Origin: a virus
Virus record (IMG/VR): IMGVR_UViG_3300020419_001178
Span: 1-64,000 of that record
Length of the DNA: 64,000 nt
Strand: one strand, 5' to 3'
Positions 8,995 through 18,767 of this stretch are shown here, one piece after another. The translations under genes and the position numbers were made by a program. Position 1 is the first letter of the stretch. Each line of letters starts with the position of its first letter. The notes below the pieces were generated by a model. It was given only the letters and a program-made list of their open reading frames with translations, had not been told where the DNA came from and did not search any database.

Positions 8995-9191
8995 GTGGTC
9001 CCTCACATAAGGAGGCCTGCGAGATGTTTTGGATAGTAAAAGGACATTTAAATACCTCCGATGAAACCATTTATAGTTGTTATGATTCTTACTTTAAGAG
9101 AATGTGGTGTAATTTACAAGGAGCAAGTGTCCAAGACTTAGGATATTTGGATGGTTTTGAAGAAGCATACGCAAATAAATTGGCAAAATAA
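8991..9191 (+). CDS. small hypothetical protein
   Basis: 66-aa ORF with ATGA overlap. Confidence 0.6.
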   Translation: MSGPSHKEACEMFWIVKGHLNTSDETIYSCYDSYFKRMWCNLQGASVQDLGYLDGFEEAYANKLAK

Positions 9192-9194
9192 CAC

Positions 9195-9223
9195 TTGACA
9201 AATAAACAAAAATACATTATAAT
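9195..9223 (+). promoter_or_regulatory. sigma70-type promoter
   Basis: Perfect TTGACA-17 bp-TATAAT upstream of AGGAG and ATG 9246. Confidence 0.85.
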
Positions 9224-9245
9224 TAGGCAACACTAGGAGAATATT

Positions 9246-9506
9246 ATGAGTGATAGAGTTTATGGACAAGATGAAAAGGCAAAACTAGAAAGACTAGTAA
9301 ATGAAGGCGCACAGGTTCTACAAGAAGTAGCTGACCTACAAGAAGGTTTGAAGGAAACTGTAAAAGCAGTTGCTGAAGAACTTAATGTTAAGACAGCAAC
9401 AATCAATAAGGCAATTAAGGTAGCACACAAAGGTGATTGGCATAAAGTTGCTGATGAATTTGAAGACCTTGAAACTCTTGTTGCTACTGTTGGAAAAGAC
9501 AAGTAA
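9246..9506 (+). CDS. small coiled-coil dsDNA-binding protein (T4 DsbA/GapR-like)
   Basis: 86 aa, helical, LKETVKAVAEELNVKTATINKAIK pattern, directly upstream of the DNA polymerase. Confidence 0.55.
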   Translation: MSDRVYGQDEKAKLERLVNEGAQVLQEVADLQEGLKETVKAVAEELNVKTATINKAIKVAHKGDWHKVADEFEDLETLVATVGKDK

Positions 9507-9585
9507 GTAAATATAATTATACGCCCTATACCAATTGGTGGGCATGTAGCAAGGTTTGGTTGGCCACAAGCAACTAGGAGAACAA

Positions 9586-12258
9586 ATGAGTTACGTAGAC
9601 GCATATTTTGACAGGGACTCTGATATTATCAGGGTAGTTGAAAGAAAAGAAGGTAAGAGACTTTATACTGAATACCCGGTCAAATATACATTTTATTATG
9701 ATGACCCTAGAGGTAAACATAAAAGCATATACGGTGATCCTATAAGCCGTATAGTAAGTAAAAGCACAAAAGACTTCCGCAAAGAATTAGCAATAAACAA
9801 CAAACGTAAGTTATTTGAATCCGACATTAATCCTATATTCCAATGTCTAAGTGAAAACTATCTTAATCAAGATGCTCCTAAACCAAATGTAGCATTTTTT
9901 GATATTGAAACTGACTTTGATCCTGAACGTGGATTCGCAGACCCAAGCGATCCGTTTATGCCAATTACTGCTATTACTGTACACTTACAGTGGCTTGATG
10001 CTTTGATAACACTAGCAGTTCCGCCTAAAACACTTACAATGGAACAGGCTAAAGAAGAATGTAAAGAATGGGGACAAGACGTTATCCTTTTTGAAAAAGA
10101 AGGAGATATGTTACAATCGTTCTTAGATATAATTGAAGATAGTGATATTCTTACTGGTTGGAACAGTGAAGGTTATGATATTCCTTATACTGTAAACAGA
10201 GTAAAACGTGTATTAAGCAAAGATGATACAAGACGTTTTTGTTTATGGAAACAACTTCCTAAGAAACGTGAGTATGAGAAGTATGGTAAATCAGCGGAAA
10301 CCTATGACCTAGTAGGTAGAGTACATTTAGATAGTTTAGAATTATATCGTAAATACACATATGAAGAAAGACATACTTACAGACTTGATGCCATTGGAGA
10401 ACTTGAAGTTGGCGAAAAGAAGACTGTTTATGAAGGTACCCTCGATCAACTTTATAACAATGACTTCCGAACGTTCATTGAATACAACAGACAAGATGTT
10501 GCACTACTGGACAAGCTGGACAAAAAACTAAGGTTTATAGATCTTAGTAACGAACTTGCTCATGCGAATACTGTTTTGCTACAGACCACTATGGGTGCTG
10601 TCGCAGTTACAGAACAAGCTATAGTTAACGAAGCACATAGACGTGGTATGCGAGTGCCAAACAGGCCTAAACGTGATCCTGAATCTTCGACGGCGGCTGG
10701 TGCTTATGTTGCTTTTCCTAAAAAAGGATTACATAAATGGATTGGATCAATGGACTTGAATTCACTGTATCCGTCCGTCATTAGAGCACTTAACATGGAT
10801 CCAGCAACCATTGTCGGACAACTCCGTCCAACACTTACTGAAGAATACTTAAATGAAGCAATGAATTTACAGAAAAAATCATTTGCTGGAGCATGGGAAG
10901 GAAAGTTTGGAACTTTAGAATATGAAGCAGTGATGGCAGAAAAACGTGATGTTGCTATTACATTAGACTGGGAAAATGGAAAAGAAGACATTCTTAGTGG
11001 TGCTGAAATATATAAGATGATCTTCGAAAGTAATAAGCCTTGGATGCTATCGTCTAATGGTACAATTTTTACTACAGAGCATGAAGGTATAATTCCTGGA
11101 CTACTTAAACGTTGGTATAGTGAACGTAAAGAGCTACAAGGTCAGCTTAAGAAAGCAAAAGATGCCGATAACAAGATTGAAGTAGAATATTGGGACAAGC
11201 GACAACTTGTTAAAAAAATTAACCTAAATAGTTTGTATGGTGCTATACTTAATCCAGGCTGTAGATTCTTTGATAAACGTATCGGACAGTCTACTACACT
11301 ATCAGGTAGAACTATTGTTAAACACATGTCAGCAGAAGTGAATAAAGTTATTACTGGTACTTATGATCACGTTGGTGATGCTGTCATATACGGAGATACT
11401 GACTCTGTATATTTTAGTGCTTATCCAATTCTTAAAAAAGATATTGACGCTGGTAAGATTCCTTGGTCAAAAGAAAACGTAATTACATTATATGATCAAG
11501 TAGCTGAAGCGGCAAATTCAACATTTGATAAGTTTATGGCTGAAGCATTTCATTGTCCTAAAAGTAGAGCAGAAGTTATTGCGGCAGGTAGAGAAATTGT
11601 TGCTGAAAGCGGATTGTATATTACTAAGAAACGTTATGCGGCATTGGTTTATGATTTGGAAGGTTTTAGAACAGACACAGAAGGTAAGCCTGGAAAAGTA
11701 AAAGCAATGGGCTTAGACTTGCGTAGATCAGATACTCCAGTGTTCATGCAAGACTTCTTAAGTGAACTTTTATTAATGGTGTTAACAGATAAAACTGAAA
11801 AAGAAATACTGAATAGAATTACAGAATTTAGAGCTGACTTTAAGCAACGTCCGGGATACGAGAAAGGATCTCCTAAGAGAGCAAATAAAGTTGGACACTA
11901 TAGAAGGTTAGAAGAAAAACAAGGCAAGGCAAATATGCCCGGACATGTTAGAGCAAGTATCAATTGGAATACACTAAAACGTATGAACGGGGACAAGTAT
12001 TGCCAAGAAATAGTTGACGGTATGAAGGTTATCGTTTGTAAACTGAAACAAAATCCACTAGGATATACAAGTGTTGCTTATCCAACTGATGAATTACGAA
12101 TACCAGATTGGTTTAAAGCACTTCCTTTTGATAATGACGCAATGGAGGAAACAATTATAGATAATAAATTAGATAATCTTATTGGTGTTCTCAATTATCA
12201 TTTAGAAGATACTAAACAACACAATACTTTCAACACACTTTTTGACTTTGGAGAATGA
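9586..12258 (+). CDS. family B DNA polymerase (T4 gp43-like)
   Basis: ExoI FFDIETD, ExoII GWNSEGYD, ExoIII YNRQD; Pol motifs DLNSLYPS, KKINLNSLYG, YGDTDS, KKRY. AGGAG RBS before ATG 9586. Confidence 0.97.
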   Translation: MSYVDAYFDRDSDIIRVVERKEGKRLYTEYPVKYTFYYDDPRGKHKSIYGDPISRIVSKSTKDFRKELAINNKRKLFESDINPIFQCLSENYLNQDAPKPNVAFFDIETDFDPERGFADPSDPFMPITAITVHLQWLDALITLAVPPKTLTMEQAKEECKEWGQDVILFEKEGDMLQSFLDIIEDSDILTGWNSEGYDIPYTVNRVKRVLSKDDTRRFCLWKQLPKKREYEKYGKSAETYDLVGRVHLDSLELYRKYTYEERHTYRLDAIGELEVGEKKTVYEGTLDQLYNNDFRTFIEYNRQDVALLDKLDKKLRFIDLSNELAHANTVLLQTTMGAVAVTEQAIVNEAHRRGMRVPNRPKRDPESSTAAGAYVAFPKKGLHKWIGSMDLNSLYPSVIRALNMDPATIVGQLRPTLTEEYLNEAMNLQKKSFAGAWEGKFGTLEYEAVMAEKRDVAITLDWENGKEDILSGAEIYKMIFESNKPWMLSSNGTIFTTEHEGIIPGLLKRWYSERKELQGQLKKAKDADNKIEVEYWDKRQLVKKINLNSLYGAILNPGCRFFDKRIGQSTTLSGRTIVKHMSAEVNKVITGTYDHVGDAVIYGDTDSVYFSAYPILKKDIDAGKIPWSKENVITLYDQVAEAANSTFDKFMAEAFHCPKSRAEVIAAGREIVAESGLYITKKRYAALVYDLEGFRTDTEGKPGKVKAMGLDLRRSDTPVFMQDFLSELLLMVLTDKTEKEILNRITEFRADFKQRPGYEKGSPKRANKVGHYRRLEEKQGKANMPGHVRASINWNTLKRMNGDKYCQEIVDGMKVIVCKLKQNPLGYTSVAYPTDELRIPDWFKALPFDNDAMEETIIDNKLDNLIGVLNYHLEDTKQHNTFNTLFDFGE

Positions 12259-12259
12259 T

Positions 12260-12472
12260 ATGATACACACAATACAACAATTAATGGACAAAGTAAGTGC
12301 TATGCATGGCTTGGCTGTACAAGCACATAGGGAAAAATATAAAACACATACAAAAGAATATGATGTTGATCTTGTAACACATTTAGTTGAACAAATTCAA
12401 GCTATGGCTGGAGACATTTATAACGATAGAACTCCACACCCTAAGCTACAAGCAAAGAAGGAGAAGAAATAA
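12260..12472 (+). CDS. hypothetical protein
   Basis: Short ORF after the polymerase, GGAG RBS; start reassigned to ATG 12260. Confidence 0.6.
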   Translation: MIHTIQQLMDKVSAMHGLAVQAHREKYKTHTKEYDVDLVTHLVEQIQAMAGDIYNDRTPHPKLQAKKEKK

Positions 12473-12473
12473 A

Positions 12474-12896
12474 TTGAATATATTTGCTAAAATTAGTGAA
12501 CGATTGCCAGAGTTTTGTCTGAGCCATTGGTTACTGAGAATACCACTAGCAATAGTTTTTATTCAGCAGGGATTAGATAAAATTCCAGTTGATATAGACA
12601 CAGCTGATTCATTTGGATTGCCTTATCTAGTATGGTGGGTAGTTGCTTATGGTGAATTAGGAGCGGGTATAGGATTACTTGCGGGCGGACTTATGGCAAA
12701 CAAGTGGTTAGAAAATTGGCCATGGATGGGTGATACCGTTACTAGATTCAGTGGTATTACAATCAGTTGTATTATGACCGGAGTGATTTGGGTAGGAGAA
12801 CCTGAAAGTTTTTGGGACGTAATTTTATACGACAATCTACATGTATTTTTATGGGTAGGTGGTGTATTTTTTGCTTTAAGGGGAAATAGAACATGA
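12474..12896 (+). CDS. DoxX-family membrane protein
   Basis: WLLRIPLAIVFIQQGLDK and AYGELGAGIGLLAG motifs, several TM helices; TTG start after GGAGA. Confidence 0.75.
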   Translation: MNIFAKISERLPEFCLSHWLLRIPLAIVFIQQGLDKIPVDIDTADSFGLPYLVWWVVAYGELGAGIGLLAGGLMANKWLENWPWMGDTVTRFSGITISCIMTGVIWVGEPESFWDVILYDNLHVFLWVGGVFFALRGNRT

Positions 12897-13174
12897 GTGA
12901 TCCGAATCAACCATACCATAACAAAGGCTTTGGAATATCCTTCATGTGGATAATTTTAGTTGTCTTTATTTTTCCTTTAGTCGCTATGATGAGCATGGAC
13001 GATACATGGAGTAGATTTTTAAAAAAGTACGGAGATCCTATTACAACAAATTGTTGGGAAAATAGCAAACATGAAAAAGTTTGTTCAGTACCTACTGAAG
13101 GTGCTAAATTGGCAGACTGTAAGTTTTTAAGGAACTTTTGTATAGAAGAAGTATATAGATGGAGAGCGAAATGA
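12893..13174 (+). CDS. hypothetical single-TM membrane protein
   Basis: Hydrophobic N-terminal helix and 4 Cys in the C-terminal part. Confidence 0.6.
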   Translation: MSDPNQPYHNKGFGISFMWIILVVFIFPLVAMMSMDDTWSRFLKKYGDPITTNCWENSKHEKVCSVPTEGAKLADCKFLRNFCIEEVYRWRAK

Positions 13175-13257
13175 TTATATCAGACGCAGAAACAATGTTA
13201 TTAACATTAGTACTAGGTGGACTATTTTATGCTTACCTATGTTGGAGAAATTTATGA
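13171..13257 (+). CDS. 28-aa hydrophobic peptide (not in ORF track)
   Basis: MIISDAETMLLTLVLGGLFYAYLCWRNL*; ATGA-coupled to both neighbours. Confidence 0.5.
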   Translation: MIISDAETMLLTLVLGGLFYAYLCWRNL

Positions 13258-14024
13258 AACTTACTTTAATTGGATTCGGTTTTGTAGGTAAAGCAGTACA
13301 TAATTTATTACAAGATCATTATGATGTAAAGGTAGTAGATCCACAATATAATAATAATGTTATTACAGAAGATTCAGATGGCTATATTGTTTGTGTTCCA
13401 ACACCAAGCTCACCTAATCTTAATGCTTGTGACATGAGCATAGTTTGGGACGTCATAAAAAAATGTCCTGACGATAAACCTATATTAATTAAAAGTACTA
13501 TAAGCCTTGAAGGTTATCAAGAAATTAAGTCTTGGAACAAACGAATTACATTTAGTCCTGAATTTTTGACAGCCGCGAATGCTAACGAAGACTTTAAGAA
13601 TCAAACCAATATGTTATTTGGAGGCTATGATACAGACTTTTGGTATGATATATTCATTTTAGTCAAAGGATTTAAACCTGTATATGGAACCGTTGAAGAA
13701 CTTATAATGGCAAAATATTTAAGAAATAGTTTTTTAGCTACCAAAGTTGCGTTCTTTAATGAAGTTTATGATTTCTGTAAATCAACAAATATTGAATATG
13801 AGAATGTTGCTGATTTAGTAGGCATTGATGATAGAATTACGAAAAGCCATATGATGATTCCTGGACCAGATGGTAGCAGAGGATTTGGCGGTGCTTGTTT
13901 CCCAAAAGATACAAAAGCCCTTTTACATACTTTTTCAAGTTATAATAAACCGTTTACTATATTAAAAGAGGTAGTAGACTCAAACGAAAGGACAATCAAT
14001 GAACATTCTGATAACAGGTCATGA
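13254..14024 (+). CDS. UDP-glucose/GDP-mannose dehydrogenase family protein (short form)
   Basis: IGFGFVG Rossmann motif, VCVPTP, IKST, FSPEFL, KYLRNSFLATKVAFFNE, GFGGACFPKD. Confidence 0.9.
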   Translation: MKLTLIGFGFVGKAVHNLLQDHYDVKVVDPQYNNNVITEDSDGYIVCVPTPSSPNLNACDMSIVWDVIKKCPDDKPILIKSTISLEGYQEIKSWNKRITFSPEFLTAANANEDFKNQTNMLFGGYDTDFWYDIFILVKGFKPVYGTVEELIMAKYLRNSFLATKVAFFNEVYDFCKSTNIEYENVADLVGIDDRITKSHMMIPGPDGSRGFGGACFPKDTKALLHTFSSYNKPFTILKEVVDSNERTINEHSDNRS

Positions 14025-14715
14025 GGGATTTATAGGCACAGAATTATGGAAAAGATTATCTACTAAACATGATTTAATGGGATTAGATATAAAAAGTGGA
14101 GACGATATACTTACATGTGAGCTTCCACACCCTAGTGTAGTAGAAATGGTAATACATTTAGCAGGTATAGGTGGAGTCAGAGAAAGTCTTGCTGATCCTC
14201 AAAAGTATTGGAATAACAATGTTGAAGGCACAAAAAGACTTCTTAATTATTATCCTAATGCTAGAATTTGTGTGGCAGGATCTAGTTCACAGTACGAACC
14301 TCACCTAAATCCATATGCGGCAAGTAAAAATATTATAGAATATATACCTCACGATAATTGCTGTTTTATGAGATTCCATACAGTTTATGGACCTATTCCT
14401 AGAGCTAATATGTTTTTCGATAAACTATTAAACAACAAACTAGAGTATGTTACAAATCATAAAAGAGACTTTATACACATTGAAGATCTTTGTGAAGCAA
14501 TTGAAATAATAATGAATAGTAAAACCGTAGGTTCGTTAGATGTTGGTACAGGAGTTTGTGTAAGTATTCACAACATTAGACCTGACTTACCTGTAAAACT
14601 AAATACTGTTGGTGAAAGAAAGATCACACAGGCAAATACAAAAAAACTTAGAGATTTAGGTTTTACACACAAGCATACCGTAGAAGGCTTTTTAAAAGAA
14701 AGAGGCATTAAATGA
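13999..14715 (+). CDS. NAD-dependent epimerase/dehydratase
   Basis: ILITGHEGFIG, IHLAG, YAASK (YxxxK), RFHTVYG, RDFIHIED. Confidence 0.9.
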   Translation: MNILITGHEGFIGTELWKRLSTKHDLMGLDIKSGDDILTCELPHPSVVEMVIHLAGIGGVRESLADPQKYWNNNVEGTKRLLNYYPNARICVAGSSSQYEPHLNPYAASKNIIEYIPHDNCCFMRFHTVYGPIPRANMFFDKLLNNKLEYVTNHKRDFIHIEDLCEAIEIIMNSKTVGSLDVGTGVCVSIHNIRPDLPVKLNTVGERKITQANTKKLRDLGFTHKHTVEGFLKERGIK

Positions 14716-15119
14716 AAATAGGCTTTACTTGTTCTACATTTGACTTACTACATGCCGGCCATGTAGTTATGTTAAGAGAAGCAAAAGAACAATGCGACTA
14801 TCTAATTTGCGGTCTTCAGGTTGATCCTAGCTTAGACAGAAAAGATAAGAATTCCCCAGTACAAACTTTAGTAGAAAGATACAGCCAATTACATGCTTGT
14901 AAGTATGTAAATGAAATTGTCCCATATCAAACCGAAACAGATTTAGAAGATATATTGGAAATGTTCAATATAAATGTAAGAATATTGGGTGAAGAATATC
15001 GAGAAAAGGATTTTACAGGTAAAGATATCTGTGAGAAAAGAGGTATACAACTATACTTCAATACAAGAGATCACCGTTTTAGCAGTAGTGATCTAAGAAA
15101 AAGAGTAAAAAACTGTTGA
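14712..15119 (+). CDS. glycerol-3-phosphate cytidylyltransferase-like (TagD family)
   Basis: TFDLLHAGH and R.H.FSSSDLR motifs. Confidence 0.88.
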   Translation: MKIGFTCSTFDLLHAGHVVMLREAKEQCDYLICGLQVDPSLDRKDKNSPVQTLVERYSQLHACKYVNEIVPYQTETDLEDILEMFNINVRILGEEYREKDFTGKDICEKRGIQLYFNTRDHRFSSSDLRKRVKNC

Positions 15120-15144
15120 CAAATAATGACAAATATCGTATACT
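15116..15144 (+). promoter_or_regulatory. sigma70-type promoter
   Basis: TTGACA-17-TATACT; the -35 contains the TGA stop of the upstream gene. Confidence 0.75.
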
Positions 15145-15163
15145 ATAAAATAGGAGAAGCAAT

Positions 15164-15898
15164 ATGAAAGATATTTTACAAGACGTAGTCGCAAAAACAC
15201 ATGCCCTTGGGTTTTTAAACTTGGTAAAGGTTACAGGTGATGAAACGTCTACAACAATCGAATCAATGGCTGAAGATAGAAGTGTAATTCTGACAGCCAA
15301 TACAAAAGACAAAGTAGAAGAGTTTGGTGCTAATGTATTTGGCATGCCAAACATGGATAAGTTGGCATTACATTTAAAAAATCCAGAATATCAAAAGAAT
15401 AGTAAATTAACAATTACTAAAGCACAAAGGAATGGAGTTGAAGTTCCTACAGGTATTCATTTTGAAAACGAAGCAGGAGACTTTCAAAACGATTTTAGAT
15501 TTATGGTAGCAGAAATCATAAACGAAAAACTTAAAAGTGTTAAATTTAAAGGTGCGTCTTGGGACGTTAACTTTACTCCATCTCTAGCATCTATTACTAG
15601 AATGAAACTACAAAGTGCCGCACACACAGAAGAAACTGTTTTTACTGTCAAAGTTGAAGACAAGGACTTAATGTTTTACTTTGGTGATGCTAATACACAC
15701 GCAGGTAAGTTTGTATTCCAAAATGCTATTGAAGGAGACCTAAAGCATACTTGGGCTTATCCAGTAGCACAGGTACAAGCTATACTTAACCTGGATGGAA
15801 CAATAACAATGTCACTCAGTGATCAAGGAGCAATGCAGATCGCAGTTGACAGTGGAATGGCAACTTATAATTACATTTTGCCAGCACAAAGCAAATAG
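15164..15898 (+). CDS. DNA polymerase sliding clamp (gp45/PCNA-like)
   Basis: 244 aa (clamp-sized), alternating beta/alpha pattern, SMAEDRSVI and C-terminal YNYILPA resembling clamp termini; near the polymerase. Confidence 0.6.
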   Translation: MKDILQDVVAKTHALGFLNLVKVTGDETSTTIESMAEDRSVILTANTKDKVEEFGANVFGMPNMDKLALHLKNPEYQKNSKLTITKAQRNGVEVPTGIHFENEAGDFQNDFRFMVAEIINEKLKSVKFKGASWDVNFTPSLASITRMKLQSAAHTEETVFTVKVEDKDLMFYFGDANTHAGKFVFQNAIEGDLKHTWAYPVAQVQAILNLDGTITMSLSDQGAMQIAVDSGMATYNYILPAQSK

Positions 15899-15905
15899 GA
15901 GTTTT

Positions 15906-16100
15906 ATGACCGATGATAGATCAGAAGACGCAACATATGAAAATGAGAATAGCACAGTAACAATACCTCTTAAGGAGTACGACAAGTTGAGAGAAAAGCA
16001 AAAGTATATTACAGATAAAGATATGATTTCTGTAGTAGATAAAATTGAAGAACTTGTTAGAGCTTTAAGGAAACACATTGTAAGGACGGACTTAGATTGA
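15906..16100 (+). CDS. small hypothetical protein
   Basis: AGGAG RBS then ATG 15906; VTIPLKEYDKLR. Confidence 0.6.
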   Translation: MTDDRSEDATYENENSTVTIPLKEYDKLREKQKYITDKDMISVVDKIEELVRALRKHIVRTDLD

Positions 16101-17557
16101 ACACAAACCTAACTAACGAACAAAAGGATTACGCAATATTTTTGCCAGCTTTAAGCGGCTTCTATGCTACCTTTGTTGGCAAACAACGTAGAGAGGAATA
16201 TGTTGAGAAAACACGTATTCCTAAATGCTTTCCTAATGAAGTAGAAAGTTTGAACTGGCTAAATCCAAATAAGTCTATGTTTAACTATCATTGGAGTTTA
16301 TATTCGGCAGGACATGCTGACTTAGATGTTAATAAAGATGCTCCTAAGGAAGATATGGTAAGAGATAGAGATCATAAAAATAGTTGGCTTTTAGGCGATA
16401 GTGGTGGTTTTCAAATAGGTAAAGGTGTTTGGGAAGGCGACTGGAAGGATCCTAATTGTCCTAAAGCAATGAAGAAACGTACACAAGTTCTTACGTGGAT
16501 GGATGCTTATATGGACTATGGAATGATACTTGATATTCCTGCTTGGGTGTCAAGATCAGAAGCAGGACAAAAGGCAACAGGCATAACAACTTATCAAGAA
16601 GCAGTAAATGCCACACGTATTAATAACGATTACTTTATGAAAAATCGTAATGGTAACTGTAAGTTCTTAAATGTATTACAAGGTGAGAATCATGCTGACG
16701 CAGAAGATTGGTATCAGCAAATGAAAGATTACTGTGATCCTGTTAAGTATCCTGACACACACTTTAATGGATGGTCGATGGGTGGTCAGAACATGTGTGA
16801 TATCCATCTAGTCTTAAAAAGATTGGTAGCATTACGTTTTGATGGATTACTTGAAAAAGGTGTACATGACTTTATGCACTTCTTAGGTACAAGTAAATTA
16901 GAATGGGCAACGTTACTAACTGATATACAAAGAGCAGTTCGAAAATATCACAATGAAAATTTTACAATTACATTTGATTGTGCTTCTCCTTTTCTTGCTA
17001 CTGCTAATGGACAACTGTATATACAAACTGAAACTGAAGACAGAACTAAATGGGTATACAGAATGGTACCAAGCATTGATGATAAGAAGTATGCTACTGA
17101 TACACGTAACTTTAGAGATGCTGTTTTACAAGATGGAATATTCAAAAACTTTACAGATAGTCCAATAACAAAGAATTTAGAAGTAAAAGATATTTGTATA
17201 TATGCTCCAGGAGATTTAAATAAAATAGGCAAAGAAGGAAAAACTAGTTGGGATAGCTTTTCTTATGCTATACAGATGGCTCACAATGTTTGGAGCCACA
17301 TTAATGCCGTACAAGAAGCAAACAGAAAATATGATTCAGGAACAACTCCCGCAATGCTTGTTGATGAATCATTTGACAGAATTCTATTTAGAGATGTTAT
17401 TGAAGCAATCTTCGCAACATCAAATAGAGATGAAGCAGAAGCAGTTATAGAAGAATTTAATAAATTTTGGTTATCTATTATAGGTACACGTGGTGCCGTA
17501 GGTAAAAAGACAGTTAATGCTTCAACACAATTTGGAAACCTATTCGAGGAGGTATAA
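16097..17557 (+). CDS. dpdA: DNA 7-deazaguanine transglycosylase (DpdA/DpdA2-type, TGT superfamily)
   Basis: TGT motifs GDSGGFQ, ILDIP, VLQG, HFLGT, TFDCASP; clustered with folE and queE. Confidence 0.82.
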   Translation: MNTNLTNEQKDYAIFLPALSGFYATFVGKQRREEYVEKTRIPKCFPNEVESLNWLNPNKSMFNYHWSLYSAGHADLDVNKDAPKEDMVRDRDHKNSWLLGDSGGFQIGKGVWEGDWKDPNCPKAMKKRTQVLTWMDAYMDYGMILDIPAWVSRSEAGQKATGITTYQEAVNATRINNDYFMKNRNGNCKFLNVLQGENHADAEDWYQQMKDYCDPVKYPDTHFNGWSMGGQNMCDIHLVLKRLVALRFDGLLEKGVHDFMHFLGTSKLEWATLLTDIQRAVRKYHNENFTITFDCASPFLATANGQLYIQTETEDRTKWVYRMVPSIDDKKYATDTRNFRDAVLQDGIFKNFTDSPITKNLEVKDICIYAPGDLNKIGKEGKTSWDSFSYAIQMAHNVWSHINAVQEANRKYDSGTTPAMLVDESFDRILFRDVIEAIFATSNRDEAEAVIEEFNKFWLSIIGTRGAVGKKTVNASTQFGNLFEEV

Positions 17558-17558
17558 T

Positions 17559-17741
17559 ATGGGAACAGGTAGAGCAAGTAAAAAAAGTAAAAAACTTTTG
17601 AACTTACACAATTATCTACACAATAAGGTGGAAGAAGTTGAAGTTGAAAGAAACGGCGATAGAACATGGCAGACAAAAGAACATTTAATCAGACTTAAGA
17701 AACAAAAGTTGGCAATAAAGGACAGGTTAAAAAATGAATAG
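17559..17741 (+). CDS. YdcH/DUF465-like coiled-coil protein
   Basis: LHNKVEEVE...RLKKQKLAIKDRL; GAGG RBS. Confidence 0.6.
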   Translation: MGTGRASKKSKKLLNLHNYLHNKVEEVEVERNGDRTWQTKEHLIRLKKQKLAIKDRLKNE

Positions 17742-18279
17742 AGATTATAACAACGGTCGACAAGAGAATATAGATTACTTTGTTGGCAAAGAAGTAGAAA
17801 AGACTCCGGCATTTGATAAAGATACGTTATTTGTAGTAGGTATCAAACCTGTTAAGGACATAATAAAATTAGCAACAAGAAATAACTGTGATCATATTTA
17901 CTTAGGAGCCAATCAAAGTTTTCATGTTACAGGAGACACTGGAACCGAAGAAGAAAGTCAAAGCTGGGATGAAATGGTTACAGAACTTTTAAAAGCAGGT
18001 CTTTGGGTTACATTAGACTATGATGTAAGATACCATGAATATGTTATTGAAAGTGGATATAACGAACACGATAATTTTATAAGTATGATTTCAGTAAAAT
18101 TGCCTTATGTTAAACAATTAAACTATAACGCATGTATTAAGGTTGACGACAATACATTTAAAGGTACTAATCCTGGAGTTTGGGTATCCTATGTACAAGA
18201 ACATTTGGATAGAAATAAGTTTACAGATTGGGAAAAATATACCCAAGATAAGCCAATTAAGGTTGACAGTGAGCATTAA
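17734..18279 (+). CDS. hypothetical protein in the dpd cluster
   Basis: 181-aa ORF coupled to neighbours (GKEVE.T...TLFVVG...HIYLGAN). Confidence 0.7.
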   Translation: MNRDYNNGRQENIDYFVGKEVEKTPAFDKDTLFVVGIKPVKDIIKLATRNNCDHIYLGANQSFHVTGDTGTEEESQSWDEMVTELLKAGLWVTLDYDVRYHEYVIESGYNEHDNFISMISVKLPYVKQLNYNACIKVDDNTFKGTNPGVWVSYVQEHLDRNKFTDWEKYTQDKPIKVDSEH

Positions 18280-18291
18280 AGGTAGTATACT
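18263..18291 (+). promoter_or_regulatory. sigma70-type promoter
   Basis: TTGACA-17-TATACT. Confidence 0.65.
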
Positions 18292-18756
18292 ATGTTTGGG
18301 AATGTTGAACAAGATGAAGAGCCAGTTAGATATTACGACTGGATGCTTTGGAAAATGAGGAAAGAGGCAAATATGAAAACAGAAGCAAAAAGAATGATTT
18401 GGGTAACTTTTACTAAAGAAGGTATCCATAAGTATCCTGCGGCACTGGATGATCCAAGTCTTGCTACAGGTGATGAATATGACGTAAGTTTTTTAGGTTA
18501 CCCACACAGACACATATTCCATTTTAAGGTAGCAATATCTGTTACACATAATGATAGAGATATTGAATTTATACAATTTAAACGTTGGTTAATGAAACTA
18601 TATGAAGGTGAATTAAATGTAGATTACAAGAGTTGTGAAATGATGTCCGATGATTTGTATGATAAGATTACAGAAAAATATCCTAACAGAGAAGTACATA
18701 TTGATATTTCAGAGGACGGTGAGAACGGTGCTCACATTGAATACCCTAGCTACTAA
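18292..18756 (+). CDS. T-fold QueD paralogue with LxxxHRHxF motif (DpdL-like candidate CDG decarboxylase)
   Basis: EGIH, LGYPHRHIFHF, RDIEF, SCEM, SEDGENG; lacks the canonical QueD CxxxHGH. Start may be ATG 18373. Confidence 0.65.
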   Translation: MFGNVEQDEEPVRYYDWMLWKMRKEANMKTEAKRMIWVTFTKEGIHKYPAALDDPSLATGDEYDVSFLGYPHRHIFHFKVAISVTHNDRDIEFIQFKRWLMKLYEGELNVDYKSCEMMSDDLYDKITEKYPNREVHIDISEDGENGAHIEYPSY

Positions 18757-18767
18757 GGAGAAATAAA

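Noticed and set aside
9507-9585. Possible tRNA or riboswitch
   Set aside because: No cloverleaf, T-loop or recognisable aptamer; kept only as a candidate operator.
9586-12258. Intein or intron in the DNA polymerase
   Set aside because: Length (~890 aa) and motif spacing are normal, with no splicing motifs.
16097-17557. Calling this a tRNA-modifying Tgt for queuosine
   Set aside because: It lacks the C-terminal Zn-binding CxCxxC motif of bacterial Tgt; phage context next to the clamp, folE and queE fits DNA-acting DpdA better.
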